18,931 nucleotides of DNA from a bacterium (GTDB lineage Bacteria > Arandabacterota > Arandabacteria > Arandabacterales > JALGWA01). Location: NCBI GenBank assembly GCA_050125095.1, contig JASFEA010000058.1, positions 1 through 18,931 on the forward strand. Direction: 5' to 3'. Position numbers and translations under genes: made by a program. Below are positions 1 through 8,060 of this stretch, one piece after another. Position 1 is the stretch's first letter. The number at the start of each line of letters is the position of its first letter. A model generated the notes under the pieces. That model worked only from the letters and a program-made list of their open reading frames with translations. It was not told the DNA's origin and ran no database searches.

Positions 1-1235
1 GCGGCCTCTTTAAGAAGTACTGGCCCGCGGATGTGCATCTCATAGGAAAGGATATCACGCGCTTTCACTGCATAATGTGGCCTTCGATGCTCATGAGCGC
101 GGGGATTGAGCTGCCGAAGACCATCATCGGGCACGGCTTCATAAGCTTCAAGGGCGAGCGCATGAGCAAGACACTCGGCAATATAGTCGAGCCTCTGGAC
201 GCCGCCAGGAATTACGGGCCGGACTCGCTGCGCTACTATCTGGCGCGCGAGGTCGTGTTCGGAAAGGACGGCGACTTCTCCTGGGAGCAGTTCATACAGC
301 GCTATAACTCGGAGCTTGCAAATGACCTCGGCAATCTCCTCAGCCGGACGTCGGGCATGATCAATCAATACTTCGGCGGGAAGGTGCCGCCGGGAAGCTC
401 CTGGCAGAATGAGGCTGCGAAGCGCCTGAGGCAGGAGTCCGTGGCTGCGGAGGCGCTGTATTTCGCCGCGATGGACAAGTACGAGATTCACAATGGCATT
501 TCGGAAGTATTCAAGATAATCCGCGCCGGTAACAGGTATATAGAAGAGCGCGCGCCGTGGTCGCTTATGAAGCAGGACGGCGGCAGTGACGAAGCCGGCA
601 GTGTGCTGTTTGAAGTCAGCGAGCTCCTGAGAAGGATTGCACTGCTCCTGTATCCCTTTATTCCCGCGAAGGCCCAGGCCATCTGGAGCGCCCTCGGGAT
701 AGAGGAGCGGATGACGGGCGCCGGGTTCGAGAACGGCCTCAAGTGGCGCGATTCATGGCAGGGACTTTCCGAAGCCCTGCAGGCCGGCGAGCCCCTGTTC
801 CCCAGGATCGAAGAAAAGAAAGAGGGCGCGGGAGAGACGAAGCAGAAATCGAAGGCGAAGAAGGCCGGTAAGGCCGAAGACAAGGATGAGAAAATGCCGG
901 ACGCAAACGAAAGCCTCGTAAGTTTCGACGACTTCAAGAAACTCGACTTGAGGGTGGCGCATATCAAGAGCGCGAGCATGGTGCCTGAGACATCGAAGCT
1001 AATGAAGATATTCATCGACATCGGTGGGGAAGAGCGCCAGATCGTCGCCGGAATCGCGGAGCACTATGCGCCGGAGGATCTGACGGGCAAGAATATTGTC
1101 GTGATAGCCAACCTCGAGCCCGCGAAGATCCGGGGCGTGGAGTCGCGCGGCATGCTGCTGGCCGCGACAGACGGGGATAAAGTAATACTGCTTACGCCTG
1201 ATAAGGACGCCGCTCCGGGCTCCAGAATCTCCTGA
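1..1235 (+). CDS. metG: Methionine--tRNA ligase, 5'-truncated by the window edge, with a C-terminal tRNA-binding (Trbp111/EMAP-like OB-fold) domain
   Basis: The frame is open from position 3 (GLFKKYWPADVHLIGKDITRFH). It carries a KMSKS-like RMSKTLGN, LRYYLARE, NSELANDLGNLLSR, the anticodon-domain NRYIEERAPW, a Lys-rich linker and C-terminal FDDFKKLDLRVA...NLEPAKIRGVESRGMLLAA. Confidence 0.97.
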   Translation, partial: GLFKKYWPADVHLIGKDITRFHCIMWPSMLMSAGIELPKTIIGHGFISFKGERMSKTLGNIVEPLDAARNYGPDSLRYYLAREVVFGKDGDFSWEQFIQRYNSELANDLGNLLSRTSGMINQYFGGKVPPGSSWQNEAAKRLRQESVAAEALYFAAMDKYEIHNGISEVFKIIRAGNRYIEERAPWSLMKQDGGSDEAGSVLFEVSELLRRIALLLYPFIPAKAQAIWSALGIEERMTGAGFENGLKWRDSWQGLSEALQAGEPLFPRIEEKKEGAGETKQKSKAKKAGKAEDKDEKMPDANESLVSFDDFKKLDLRVAHIKSASMVPETSKLMKIFIDIGGEERQIVAGIAEHYAPEDLTGKNIVVIANLEPAKIRGVESRGMLLAATDGDKVILLTPDKDAAPGSRIS

Positions 1236-1264
1236 GCCGTCCGCGTGACCGCGGAGGAATCGTC

Positions 1265-2023
1265 TTGATAGACTCTCATTCCCATCTCACCGCCAGGAAA
1301 TACAGAAGGGACCTCGAAGCCGTGCTGTCACGCGCGCGCGAGGCGGGCGTCGTCGCCATGATTACCGTGGGTTTTGACGTCGACTCGAGCGCCGAAGGCG
1401 TTCATCTCGCAGGGAAGCATGCGGACGTCTTCGCGGCGGCCGGCGTCCACCCGCATGACGCCGACACGGTTGACGACTTTATCCTGACATACCTGGAGGA
1501 GATGGCCGCGGACCCCAATGTGGTCGCGATTGGAGAGATCGGGCTGGATTACTACCGCGACCTGTCGCCGCGACGCGTCCAGGAAGAGGTATTCGTGAAG
1601 CAGCTGGCGCTGGCGCGCAAGGTTGACCTTCCCGTCATCATCCATGACAGGGACGCTCACAGGCGGGTGATGGAGATCTTAAAGAGCGAGGGAGCGTCGA
1701 ATGGAGTGATGCACTGCTTCTCCGGCGATATGGGCCTGGCCAAGCAGGTGCTCGACCTGGGATTCTATATCTCCTTTGCCGGTCCGATTACGTACAACGG
1801 CGGAAAAGCCGGCGAGATCATAAGCAAGATGCCGCCGGATAGGCTGCTTGTGGAGACCGACTGCCCGTATCTCGCCCCGGTCCCGTTCCGGGGGAAGCGA
1901 AACGAACCCGCGTATGTGAAGTATGTCCTCGAAAGGGCCGCGCAGGCAAGGGGCAAGGCAGCCGGCGAAGTGGAAGCGCTCACCGACGAGAACGCCAGAA
2001 GGCTGTTTAACCTTCCTTCTTAA
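1265..2023 (+). CDS. tatD: TatD family metal-dependent hydrolase/DNase
   Basis: TTG start with GGAGGA RBS. Motifs DSHSHL, GVHPHDA, AIGEIGLDYY, IIHDRDAH, VMHCFSG, LLVETDCPYLAP and RGKRNEP. Position directly after metG is typical. Confidence 0.95.
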   Translation: MIDSHSHLTARKYRRDLEAVLSRAREAGVVAMITVGFDVDSSAEGVHLAGKHADVFAAAGVHPHDADTVDDFILTYLEEMAADPNVVAIGEIGLDYYRDLSPRRVQEEVFVKQLALARKVDLPVIIHDRDAHRRVMEILKSEGASNGVMHCFSGDMGLAKQVLDLGFYISFAGPITYNGGKAGEIISKMPPDRLLVETDCPYLAPVPFRGKRNEPAYVKYVLERAAQARGKAAGEVEALTDENARRLFNLPS

Positions 2024-2768
2024 ACACCGATACCAAGAGGTACCCTGGAAGGAAATTCCAGGGATAGAATATATAGCCCAAGAGCTCCACGAGGCCGAGC
2101 CAGGCCACCCTTAATATGGGGACTCTCGCGAAGTAATATTTCAGGAAGTGCAGCTCCGCAATGAACCCCATGCGGTATTCCTTAACAAGCCGCCCGGGGA
2201 CTTTGGCCTCGAGGCCCCTGAGCGTGGAGATGGGCATCTCGTAGCCGGGCTGCCACAGGCCGAGGCGGTCGGCGTATGCCTTGCCGGCCTTGTATATTCG
2301 CGCGTCGGCTGAAGGGACCATTATTATGACCTTGCCGTCGGGCTTGGTGACGCGCAGCATTTCGCTTACCGCTCTGGCCTGCTCGGCCTCATCGAAGTGC
2401 TCGATCACGCCGCCGTTCCAGGTTACGTCGTAAGTGTCGTCCTCCATGGGCATATCGAGTATGGAGGCGTTGTAGGTCTCGGGATGGTATCCCTCGAACA
2501 TGAAGCAGGCCTTGGAGAGCGTGAGAGCGGGTTCGGATATATCGAGCAGGCTGACTTCCGCCCCGCGCTTGGCCAGGCCGAGCGAGACCAGGCCGTGGCC
2601 CGAGCCCGGCTCCAGCACCTTCTTGCCCCGGGCGTCGGGAAGCTCGCGCTTTAATATGGCCGACACGGTCCTGTAGATAATGTCCTTGCCGGCGACAGCC
2701 GGGATCTTGCTCCGCCGGCGCGTGTCCTTCCTCTGCCAGATCTCGTCCCAGCGCTCTTTCTGTTCCAT
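2007..2768 (-). CDS. Class I SAM-dependent methyltransferase (substrate unknown)
   Basis: Motif I VLEPGSGHG, acidic LLDIS, DDTYDVTWNGGVIEHF and EMLRVTKPDGKVII. Overlaps the tatD 3' end convergently by 17 bp. Confidence 0.9.
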   Translation of the reverse strand: MEQKERWDEIWQRKDTRRRSKIPAVAGKDIIYRTVSAILKRELPDARGKKVLEPGSGHGLVSLGLAKRGAEVSLLDISEPALTLSKACFMFEGYHPETYNASILDMPMEDDTYDVTWNGGVIEHFDEAEQARAVSEMLRVTKPDGKVIIMVPSADARIYKAGKAYADRLGLWQPGYEMPISTLRGLEAKVPGRLVKEYRMGFIAELHFLKYYFARVPILRVAWLGLVELLGYIFYPWNFLPGYLLVSVFKKEG

Positions 2769-2842
2769 ATTCCTAAACTACCACCCCGTATTTCGGTGGC
2801 ACAACACCAAATTGGCATGTTGGGCCGGGTTGTGTTGAGCTG

Positions 2843-2866
2843 TTGTGCATTTTGAGACCTGACCCC
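2843..2866 (+). repeat. 24-bp dispersed repeat TTGTGCATTTTGAGACCTGACCCC (copy 1)
   Basis: Identical to 7566-7589, read directly from the sequence. Confidence 0.9.
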
Positions 2867-2918
2867 TGGTTTGCCTTGGTTTTCCGTGGCACAAAGGGGA
2901 ACATTAGAGGTGCTTTTA

Positions 2919-2947
2919 TTGAAATCCGCCGCCAAATGTGTTAGAAT
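2919..2947 (+). promoter_or_regulatory. Putative sigma70 promoter for the C25 peptidase gene
   Basis: TTGAAA (2919-2924), 17-bp spacer, TAGAAT (2942-2947), with an extended -10 TG at 2939-2940. Confidence 0.6.
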
Positions 2948-3081
2948 GGGAATGATCAGGATTAGCAGCCAGAGAACATCTATTGGTAGATCAAATATGG
3001 GCAATTGTATTCGGTATAGATACGTACTTCGGCGCGGGCGAGTGCACCGCGCCTTCGCCTTTTAGTGGGAGGAGGAAGACC

Positions 3082-6000
3082 ATGAAGCAGCGGTATATTC
3101 TGATTTTGTTGCTGGTGGCGGGCGTCGGCGGCCTGGTCACCGGCAGCGCGGATGCGGCCGCGGGGGCTCACATTTATAATGTCCCCGCCCCGGAGATGAG
3201 AGAGACCGGGGAACATGTCTATTACAGGATAGAGGGGTTCGGGTCCAGCACCAATCCCTATTACCCGGTGCTTCCCACCAAGACGGTTCACTATGAGGTG
3301 CCGTTCGCGGCCGAGAACATCGACGTAATGGTGTCCCCGGGAGGCGCGCAGTCGCTCGGCACCTTCGACAATTACCTCATGCGCCAGCCACCCCTTCTAC
3401 TCGGGGACCCCACCTATAAGCCGCCCGCTAAGCCCGAGCAGCTTCCGGACGTGACGCCGGCCGAGTTCTATCGCTATGACGGCGTGCAGGTCATGAGGGG
3501 GCACAAGCTCATAAGCGTGACCCTGTATCCCCTGAGATACGACTTTGCCAGCGGCGAGATCACTTATGTGTCCTCATACAGCATTCAGGTTTCCTATTCC
3601 ATGGCCGTGAGCGACAGGGAGTCGGTAGAGATGGCGATGGGCGAGCGCTCACGCGCTTTCGAGCCGCTTGCCAGGGGCATAATAGAGAATTACGGCGAGT
3701 TCGACGAGACCCTCTCGGCGGGCGGGCCCGCAGAGCCCCTCTACGATCTCAATAATCCGCAGTACGCGATTATCACCACTTCGACCTTCGAGAGCGCGGC
3801 GCAGGACCTCGCGGACTGGAAGACCAGGAAGGGCGTCCCCACGGAGGTCTACCTGGTTTCCTGGATCGAGTCCAACTACACGGGCTACGATACCCAGGAG
3901 AAGATCAGGAATTTCCTCCGGCTCAACAACTCCACACCGCGCTTCGACTATGTGCTGCTTCTCGGTGATACCAATACTATCCCCGCGAGATACTGCTGGT
4001 CACAGGACGGCGACGATGTGCCGGCGGACTACTATTTCTCGGACGTAGTCGACGGTTCGATCGGATCCAGCTATGACTGGGATACAGACAACGACCATGT
4101 GTGGGGAGAATTCAGCGATACCATTACCTGGCTTCCGGATACGTATGTGGGCCGCGTGGCGAGCAGAAACGCCACCGAAGTCCAGGACTATGTTGATGCC
4201 ATAATCGAATACGAGACCGATCCGCCCGTGAATTCATGGCCCACGAAGGCGGTTTTCGGCTCGGCATTCGCCAATTACCCCGAGGCCGGATACGATCACA
4301 CCGACATGGCGGCGGTGGCCGAGCATGTAAGGACGGACTTTCTCAATCCGGCCGGAGTGACTTATGACAGGCTCTACGAGGCGGACGGTATATACCCCAC
4401 GTCGTATACCTACGATTACGCTCTTACGGCCACCAACTTCGAGACAAGGGTCGGTCTGGGCTGCGGTTTTGCGTTTCCGAGCGGCCACGGCAATCCGTCC
4501 GGCAACTACCGCCTCATATGGTCATGGGATGACGGAGACGGCTACTACGACGACGGCGAGGGTTCATGGGCCGACCTCTGCACACAGAGCTACAATCCCT
4601 CAACGGGCGAGGAGAAACCCTATGTGCTGGTCGGCGCCTGTCAGGCCGGGTGGTTTGACCGCACAGGTGCGTGCCTGGGCGACTACGTGATCGCCAACTG
4701 GGGTATCGGATGTGTAGCCTCCGCGAGGAACTCATATTACTGCGTGGGCTGGGACGACCCCGACTGGCCGTGGAACCAGGGCCAGGAATACCGGTGGTGG
4801 GAGGAGATCTTCTCCAACGGCAAGATCCATATGGGCCAGATACACGGCGACAACAAATACAACTATGCCAGCGATTTCAACACGCTTTACGACGGCGACT
4901 ACGGGCCGGACAACGACTACGCGTCGCGCAAGAACATGTTCTCGTCCAACCTGTTCGGCGACCCGGAGCTTCCGGTATGGACGGACACCCCCACGGCGCT
5001 GGCGGCGAGCCATGACGCCACGCTGCCGGTCGGCCCGTCTTCGTTTACGGTGACGGTGACATCGGGCGGCAGCCCTCTTTCGGGCGCCACGGTCTGCCTG
5101 TGGAAGGGCACGGAGGTCTATCTTGTCGACACGACCGACGGGTCGGGAGAGGTGACGTTCAGTCCTTCGCCGGCGACCACCGGCACCATGTACGTAACCG
5201 CGTCAAAGCACAATTACATCCCGGACGAGAGCTCCGCGACGGTGGAGGAAGGCGGAGACACCGAGGACCCGGTAGTTACGGTGACATCGCCTGACGGTGG
5301 GGAGACCTGGGGCGTCGGCTCGGCTCATGACATCACCTGGGCCGCCACCGACAATGTCGGTGTGACCTCCATAGATATCCTGCTTTCCACCGACGGTGGT
5401 TCTACTTTCCCGACGACCATAGCCACGGGCGAGGCGAATGACGGAACTTATCCATGGACGGTGCCGGCTGAGATTACGACTCAGGCGCGGGTCAAGGTCA
5501 TCGCCTATGACGCTGCGGCCAACAGCGGCGAGGATGTCAGCGATGCCGACTTCGAGATCAGCGACATGACCCCTCCTTCGGTGACGGTCACCGACCCGAA
5601 CGGCGGCGAGGTCTGGGGCATAGGCACGGTTCACAACATAACCTGGAGTGCCACGGACAATATCGGCGTGACCTCGGTAGACCTCTATCTCTCCACCGAC
5701 GGCGGCTCTACTTTCCCGACGACCATAGCAACGGGCGAAGCCAATGACGGCACGTATCCATGGACGGTGCCCTCGAGCCCCACGACTCAGGCGCGGGTCA
5801 AGGTGGTGGCTCATGACGCCGTCGGCAATCCGGGCGAAGATATCAGCGATAACAACTTCGAGATCCATGACGGCATAGACCCGTCGGTTACGGTGACTTC
5901 GCCCAACGGCGGGGAGGTCTGGGATATCGGTACGGTTCATTCGATTACGTGGACGGCGACGGATAACATCGGCGTGACTTCGATTGACATCCGGCTCTCG

Positions 6001-7398
6001 ACCGACGGCGGCGCCACCTTCCCGACTGTCATCGCCACGGGCGAGGCCAGTGACGGCTCATATCCGTGGACGGTGCCGTCGAGTCCCACGACGCAGGCGC
6101 GGGTTAAGGTACTCGCGCACGACGCCGCGGGGAATTCGGGCGAAGACATGAGCGATGCCAACTTCACCATACGCGACGGCACGGACCCGTCTGTCACGGT
6201 GCTAGACCCCAATGGCGGTGAGGCATGGGAGGTCGGCTCGGCTCATGATATCGAGTGGAACGCAACGGACAATATCGGCGTGACTTCGATCGACATCCTG
6301 CTGTCCACCGACGGCGGCGCGACGTTCCCGACGACGGTAGCGACGGGCGAGGTAAACGACGGCACTTATCCCTGGACCGTACCCGACGAGGTGACGACAC
6401 AGGCGCGTATCAAGGTCGTAGCCTATGACGCCGGCGGGAATTCGGGAGAGGATATAAGCGACGCCGACTTAGAGATCGTGGACACCAGCGACCCGGTCGT
6501 CACCGTGACGTCTCCCAACGGCGGCGAGGTCTGGGACATCGGGTCGATCCGCAGCATCACCTGGACGGCCACCGACAATGTCGGCGTGACCTCAATCGAC
6601 ATCCGGCTTTCCACCGACGGCGGCGTTACCTATCCTACGGTTGTCGCCACGGGCGAGGACAATGACGGCGTCTATCCCTGGAATGTGCCGGCTGTGCCGA
6701 CGACGCAGGGACGCGTTAAAGTGATCGCGCATGACGGCGAGGGCAACACGGGTGAGGACGTGAGCAATGCCAACTTCACCATCCGCGACGATACGAGCCC
6801 GTCCGTTACGGTGATCGAGCCGAACGGCGGCGAGATATGGGACATCGGAACGATCCACGACATAGAGTGGAACGCGACGGACGACGTCGGGGTCGCGCAT
6901 GTCATGATCCTCCTTTCCTCCGACGGCGGCCTGACGTATCCGGATACGCTGGCGACGGGAGAGGCAAATGACGGCGTCTATTCATGGGATGTGACGCAGG
7001 CCGCGACCACGGCGGCGCGCATCAAGGTCATCGCCGATGACGCAGGCAATAACAGCGGCGAGGACATAAGCGACGCCGATTTCGAGATTTATGACCCGCT
7101 GGCCGGCACGGATATAACGGCGGACATTCCGGCAAGCGCGGTCATAACCGGAAACTCCCCCAATCCGTTCAGCGGGGCCACGGCGATCAGTTTCGGAATA
7201 CCTCGCGACGGCAGAGTGCGGTTGGCGATGTACGACGTGAGCGGCAGGGAGGTTGATGTGCTGGTCGACCAGGCTTTCCCGGCCGGTTACCATTCGGTCA
7301 CCTGGCAGGATGGCGGCGCGACGGGTACGGGACTCTATTTCATAAGGCTGAGGTTTGATTCTGAAGAGGTGACACATAAGGTTGTGATTTCCAGGTAG
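3082..7398 (+). CDS. Secreted C25 (gingipain-like) cysteine peptidase: signal peptide, propeptide, catalytic domain, Ig-like domain, six tandem Ig-like repeats, C-terminal FlgD-Ig/T9SS-type sorting domain
   Basis: ATG 3082 follows a GGAGGAGG RBS and starts a signal peptide (MKQRYILILLLVAG...). C25 motifs LADWKTRKG, YVLLLGD, PADYYFSD, YVGRV, catalytic His in SGHG and Cys in GACQAG, LFGDPELPVW. The C-terminus NSPNPFSGATAISF..MYDVSGREV..GYHSVTW..GLYFIRL..THKVVISR fits a sorting domain. Confidence 0.9.
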   Translation: MKQRYILILLLVAGVGGLVTGSADAAAGAHIYNVPAPEMRETGEHVYYRIEGFGSSTNPYYPVLPTKTVHYEVPFAAENIDVMVSPGGAQSLGTFDNYLMRQPPLLLGDPTYKPPAKPEQLPDVTPAEFYRYDGVQVMRGHKLISVTLYPLRYDFASGEITYVSSYSIQVSYSMAVSDRESVEMAMGERSRAFEPLARGIIENYGEFDETLSAGGPAEPLYDLNNPQYAIITTSTFESAAQDLADWKTRKGVPTEVYLVSWIESNYTGYDTQEKIRNFLRLNNSTPRFDYVLLLGDTNTIPARYCWSQDGDDVPADYYFSDVVDGSIGSSYDWDTDNDHVWGEFSDTITWLPDTYVGRVASRNATEVQDYVDAIIEYETDPPVNSWPTKAVFGSAFANYPEAGYDHTDMAAVAEHVRTDFLNPAGVTYDRLYEADGIYPTSYTYDYALTATNFETRVGLGCGFAFPSGHGNPSGNYRLIWSWDDGDGYYDDGEGSWADLCTQSYNPSTGEEKPYVLVGACQAGWFDRTGACLGDYVIANWGIGCVASARNSYYCVGWDDPDWPWNQGQEYRWWEEIFSNGKIHMGQIHGDNKYNYASDFNTLYDGDYGPDNDYASRKNMFSSNLFGDPELPVWTDTPTALAASHDATLPVGPSSFTVTVTSGGSPLSGATVCLWKGTEVYLVDTTDGSGEVTFSPSPATTGTMYVTASKHNYIPDESSATVEEGGDTEDPVVTVTSPDGGETWGVGSAHDITWAATDNVGVTSIDILLSTDGGSTFPTTIATGEANDGTYPWTVPAEITTQARVKVIAYDAAANSGEDVSDADFEISDMTPPSVTVTDPNGGEVWGIGTVHNITWSATDNIGVTSVDLYLSTDGGSTFPTTIATGEANDGTYPWTVPSSPTTQARVKVVAHDAVGNPGEDISDNNFEIHDGIDPSVTVTSPNGGEVWDIGTVHSITWTATDNIGVTSIDIRLSTDGGATFPTVIATGEASDGSYPWTVPSSPTTQARVKVLAHDAAGNSGEDMSDANFTIRDGTDPSVTVLDPNGGEAWEVGSAHDIEWNATDNIGVTSIDILLSTDGGATFPTTVATGEVNDGTYPWTVPDEVTTQARIKVVAYDAGGNSGEDISDADLEIVDTSDPVVTVTSPNGGEVWDIGSIRSITWTATDNVGVTSIDIRLSTDGGVTYPTVVATGEDNDGVYPWNVPAVPTTQGRVKVIAHDGEGNTGEDVSNANFTIRDDTSPSVTVIEPNGGEIWDIGTIHDIEWNATDDVGVAHVMILLSSDGGLTYPDTLATGEANDGVYSWDVTQAATTAARIKVIADDAGNNSGEDISDADFEIYDPLAGTDITADIPASAVITGNSPNPFSGATAISFGIPRDGRVRLAMYDVSGREVDVLVDQAFPAGYHSVTWQDGGATGTGLYFIRLRFDSEEVTHKVVISR
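5257..7092 (+). repeat. Six tandem 306-bp (102-aa) intragenic repeats encoding Ig-like/beta-sandwich domains (PxVTVxxPNGGExW...STDGG...WTVP...SDxxFxI)
   Basis: Units start at 5257, 5563, 5869, 6175, 6481 and 6787, an exact 306-bp period. Copies are diverged at many synonymous sites. Confidence 0.93.
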
Positions 7399-7424
7399 TA
7401 AGGGCAGGAGGCCCGAAGCAGTTG

Positions 7425-7460
7425 ACGGGCCCCGGCAGGTTGTGCCGGGGCCTGTTTTTG
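7425..7460 (+). terminator. Rho-independent terminator after the C25 gene
   Basis: ACGGGCCCCGGCA-GGTTG-TGCCGGGGCCTGT hairpin followed by a T-rich tract, about 27 nt after the stop codon. Confidence 0.8.
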
Positions 7461-7565
7461 TAGTTCTTGTTTCCCACGGGTCCTATCTCTGGTGCGCGTG
7501 GCCCGTCTCCGGTACCCGAGGACTGCCTCTGTGCCTCCTGAGAGCCGGTGCCTGCTGCGATACGA

Positions 7566-7630
7566 TTGTGCATTTTGAGACCTGACCCCATCGCGATGTG
7601 CATTCTAAGACCTGACCCCAACCTGACCCC
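7566..7630 (+). repeat. Cluster of GACCTGACCCC-type repeats: full copy 7566-7589, variant 7597-7619, partial 7621-7630
   Basis: TTGTGCATTTTGAGACCTGACCCC, TGTGCATTCTAAGACCTGACCCC and ACCTGACCCC occur in tandem in the same orientation. Confidence 0.88.
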
Positions 7631-7636
7631 AATTGC

Positions 7637-7666
7637 TTGACCGGGCGGCGGGCTTTCTCATAGAAT
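7637..7666 (+). promoter_or_regulatory. Putative sigma70 promoter for the 7689 gene
   Basis: TTGACC, 18-bp spacer, TAGAAT, followed by an AGGAGG RBS and ATG 7689. Confidence 0.55.
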
Positions 7667-7688
7667 CTCAAGACAAAGGAGGTGTGCG

Positions 7689-8057
7689 ATGGAAATGATG
7701 CAGCAGCCGGACAGCCCGGAGGAATCCCTGAAGCGCGCTTGCAGGATCGCGGCGGACAGCGCGGGATGGATGAAGCTCCTCGGAGTTCTCTCAATCATAC
7801 AGGGCGTATTCGCCGTGTTCACCATATGGGGCATTCTCATCGCGTGGCTGCCCATCTGGCTGGGCGTGATTCTGTTCAGGGCCGCCAACGAGGCCGAGAT
7901 GTCCGCGGCCGGCCTTACGAACCATCTCGAGTCCTATCTCAAGCGGCTCAACAAGTACTTCCTCATCCAGGGTATACTGGCCCTGCTCATGATTGTGGTC
8001 GGACTGGTCATGGCGTTCGTGTTCGGAGGGCTCTTCCTGGCCGGGATCCTGGACTAG
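7689..8057 (+). CDS. Small membrane protein, DUF5362-like
   Basis: Strong RBS and hydrophobic segments. GWMKLLGVLSIIQG...IWGILIAWLPIWLGVILF...LNKYFLIQGIL resembles the DUF5362 family (recognised from memory). Confidence 0.75.
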   Translation: MEMMQQPDSPEESLKRACRIAADSAGWMKLLGVLSIIQGVFAVFTIWGILIAWLPIWLGVILFRAANEAEMSAAGLTNHLESYLKRLNKYFLIQGILALLMIVVGLVMAFVFGGLFLAGILD

Positions 8058-8060
8058 GGA

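Noticed and set aside
2797-2900. TGGCAC as a sigma54 -24 element
   Set aside because: Neither copy has TTGC at the required -12 spacing.
2983-3081. Longer TTG start for the C25 peptidase given in the ORF track
   Set aside because: ATG 3082 has a strong RBS and begins a canonical signal peptide.
7566-7630. Possible mini-CRISPR array
   Set aside because: The gaps between repeats are only 1-7 bp, the repeats degenerate quickly and no cas genes are present.
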